This document shows positions 29,198 to 29,395 of a stretch of 29,395 bases of DNA, piece by piece. How positions within the stretch are numbered: the stretch's first letter is position 1; every line of letters begins with the position of its first letter. The position numbers and the translations under genes are program-made. The stretch is from Pseudomonadota bacterium (GTDB lineage Bacteria > Pseudomonadota > Alphaproteobacteria > RF32 > CAG-239): the NCBI GenBank assembly GCA_918234285.1, contig CAKJXZ020000031.1, forward strand, positions 1 through 29,395, in the 5' to 3' direction. The notes below the pieces were generated by a model, which was not told the origin of the DNA, searched no databases, and worked only from the letters and a program-made list of their open reading frames with translations.

Positions 29198-29395
29198 TTA
29201 CTTATACTTTTCTATAATTTTCAAAGCTGTTTTGATGCCGTCAACCACTGCCGACAATATTCCGCCAGCATATCCGGCCCCTTCTCCGCACGGATACAAA
29301 CCTTTGATTGAGCTTTCGAAATTTTCATCGCGAATTATACGTATCGGTGACGAACTTCTGGTTTCTGCCGCTGTAATAACAGCATCACCGCAAGC
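29198..29395 (-). CDS. C-terminal part of an FAD/NAD(P)-dependent oxidoreductase (gene starts beyond the window)
   Basis: Manual translation: ...AAETRSSSPIRIIRDENFESSIKGLYPCGEGAGYAGGILSAVVDGIKTALKIIEKYK*. ETR.SSP and GLYPCGEGAGYAGGI.SA..DG are characteristic motifs. Not in the supplied ORF track. Confidence 0.88.
   Translation of the reverse strand, partial: ACGDAVITAAETRSSSPIRIIRDENFESSIKGLYPCGEGAGYAGGILSAVVDGIKTALKIIEKYK

Noticed and set aside
28878-29395. tRNA-Leu as the attachment site of an integrated element
   Set aside because: No integrase and no direct repeat of the tRNA 3' end were seen; the next gene is a housekeeping-type oxidoreductase.

Overview
Mostly housekeeping chromosomal window from a bacterium that looks like an alphaproteobacterium. 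This is inferred from the stand-alone F1 operon atpHAGDC, a long-linker FtsZ, the rpmF-plsX-fabH and xseA-M23 gene order, and a SAM-II riboswitch. In order: the 3' part of a trimeric autotransporter adhesin (TAA) with 75-bp tandem repeats; a membrane-anchored OmpH/Skp-like gene; a short, divergent metK under a SAM-II-type riboswitch, transcribed divergently from mtnN; three atypical genes, two of which look like inactive enzyme homologues (zincin-like and DapB-like); rpmF-plsX-fabH; a secreted hypothetical; a thinned dcw cluster (mraY-ftsW-murB-ftsQ-ftsA-ftsZ, lacking murD/murG/murC/ddl); atpHAGDC; a family-5 UDG; a beta-barrel OMP; a GT2 with a partner ORF; xseA-M23-uppP; tRNA-Leu(CAG) followed by an inverted tRNA-derived element; and the 3' end of an FAD-dependent oxidoreductase. 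No integrase, transposase or CRISPR array was seen. The best leads are the riboswitch-controlled atypical MetK/MtnN module, the TAA plus anchored-Skp pair, and the putative pseudoenzymes. All calls come from reading motifs by eye; no searches were run.
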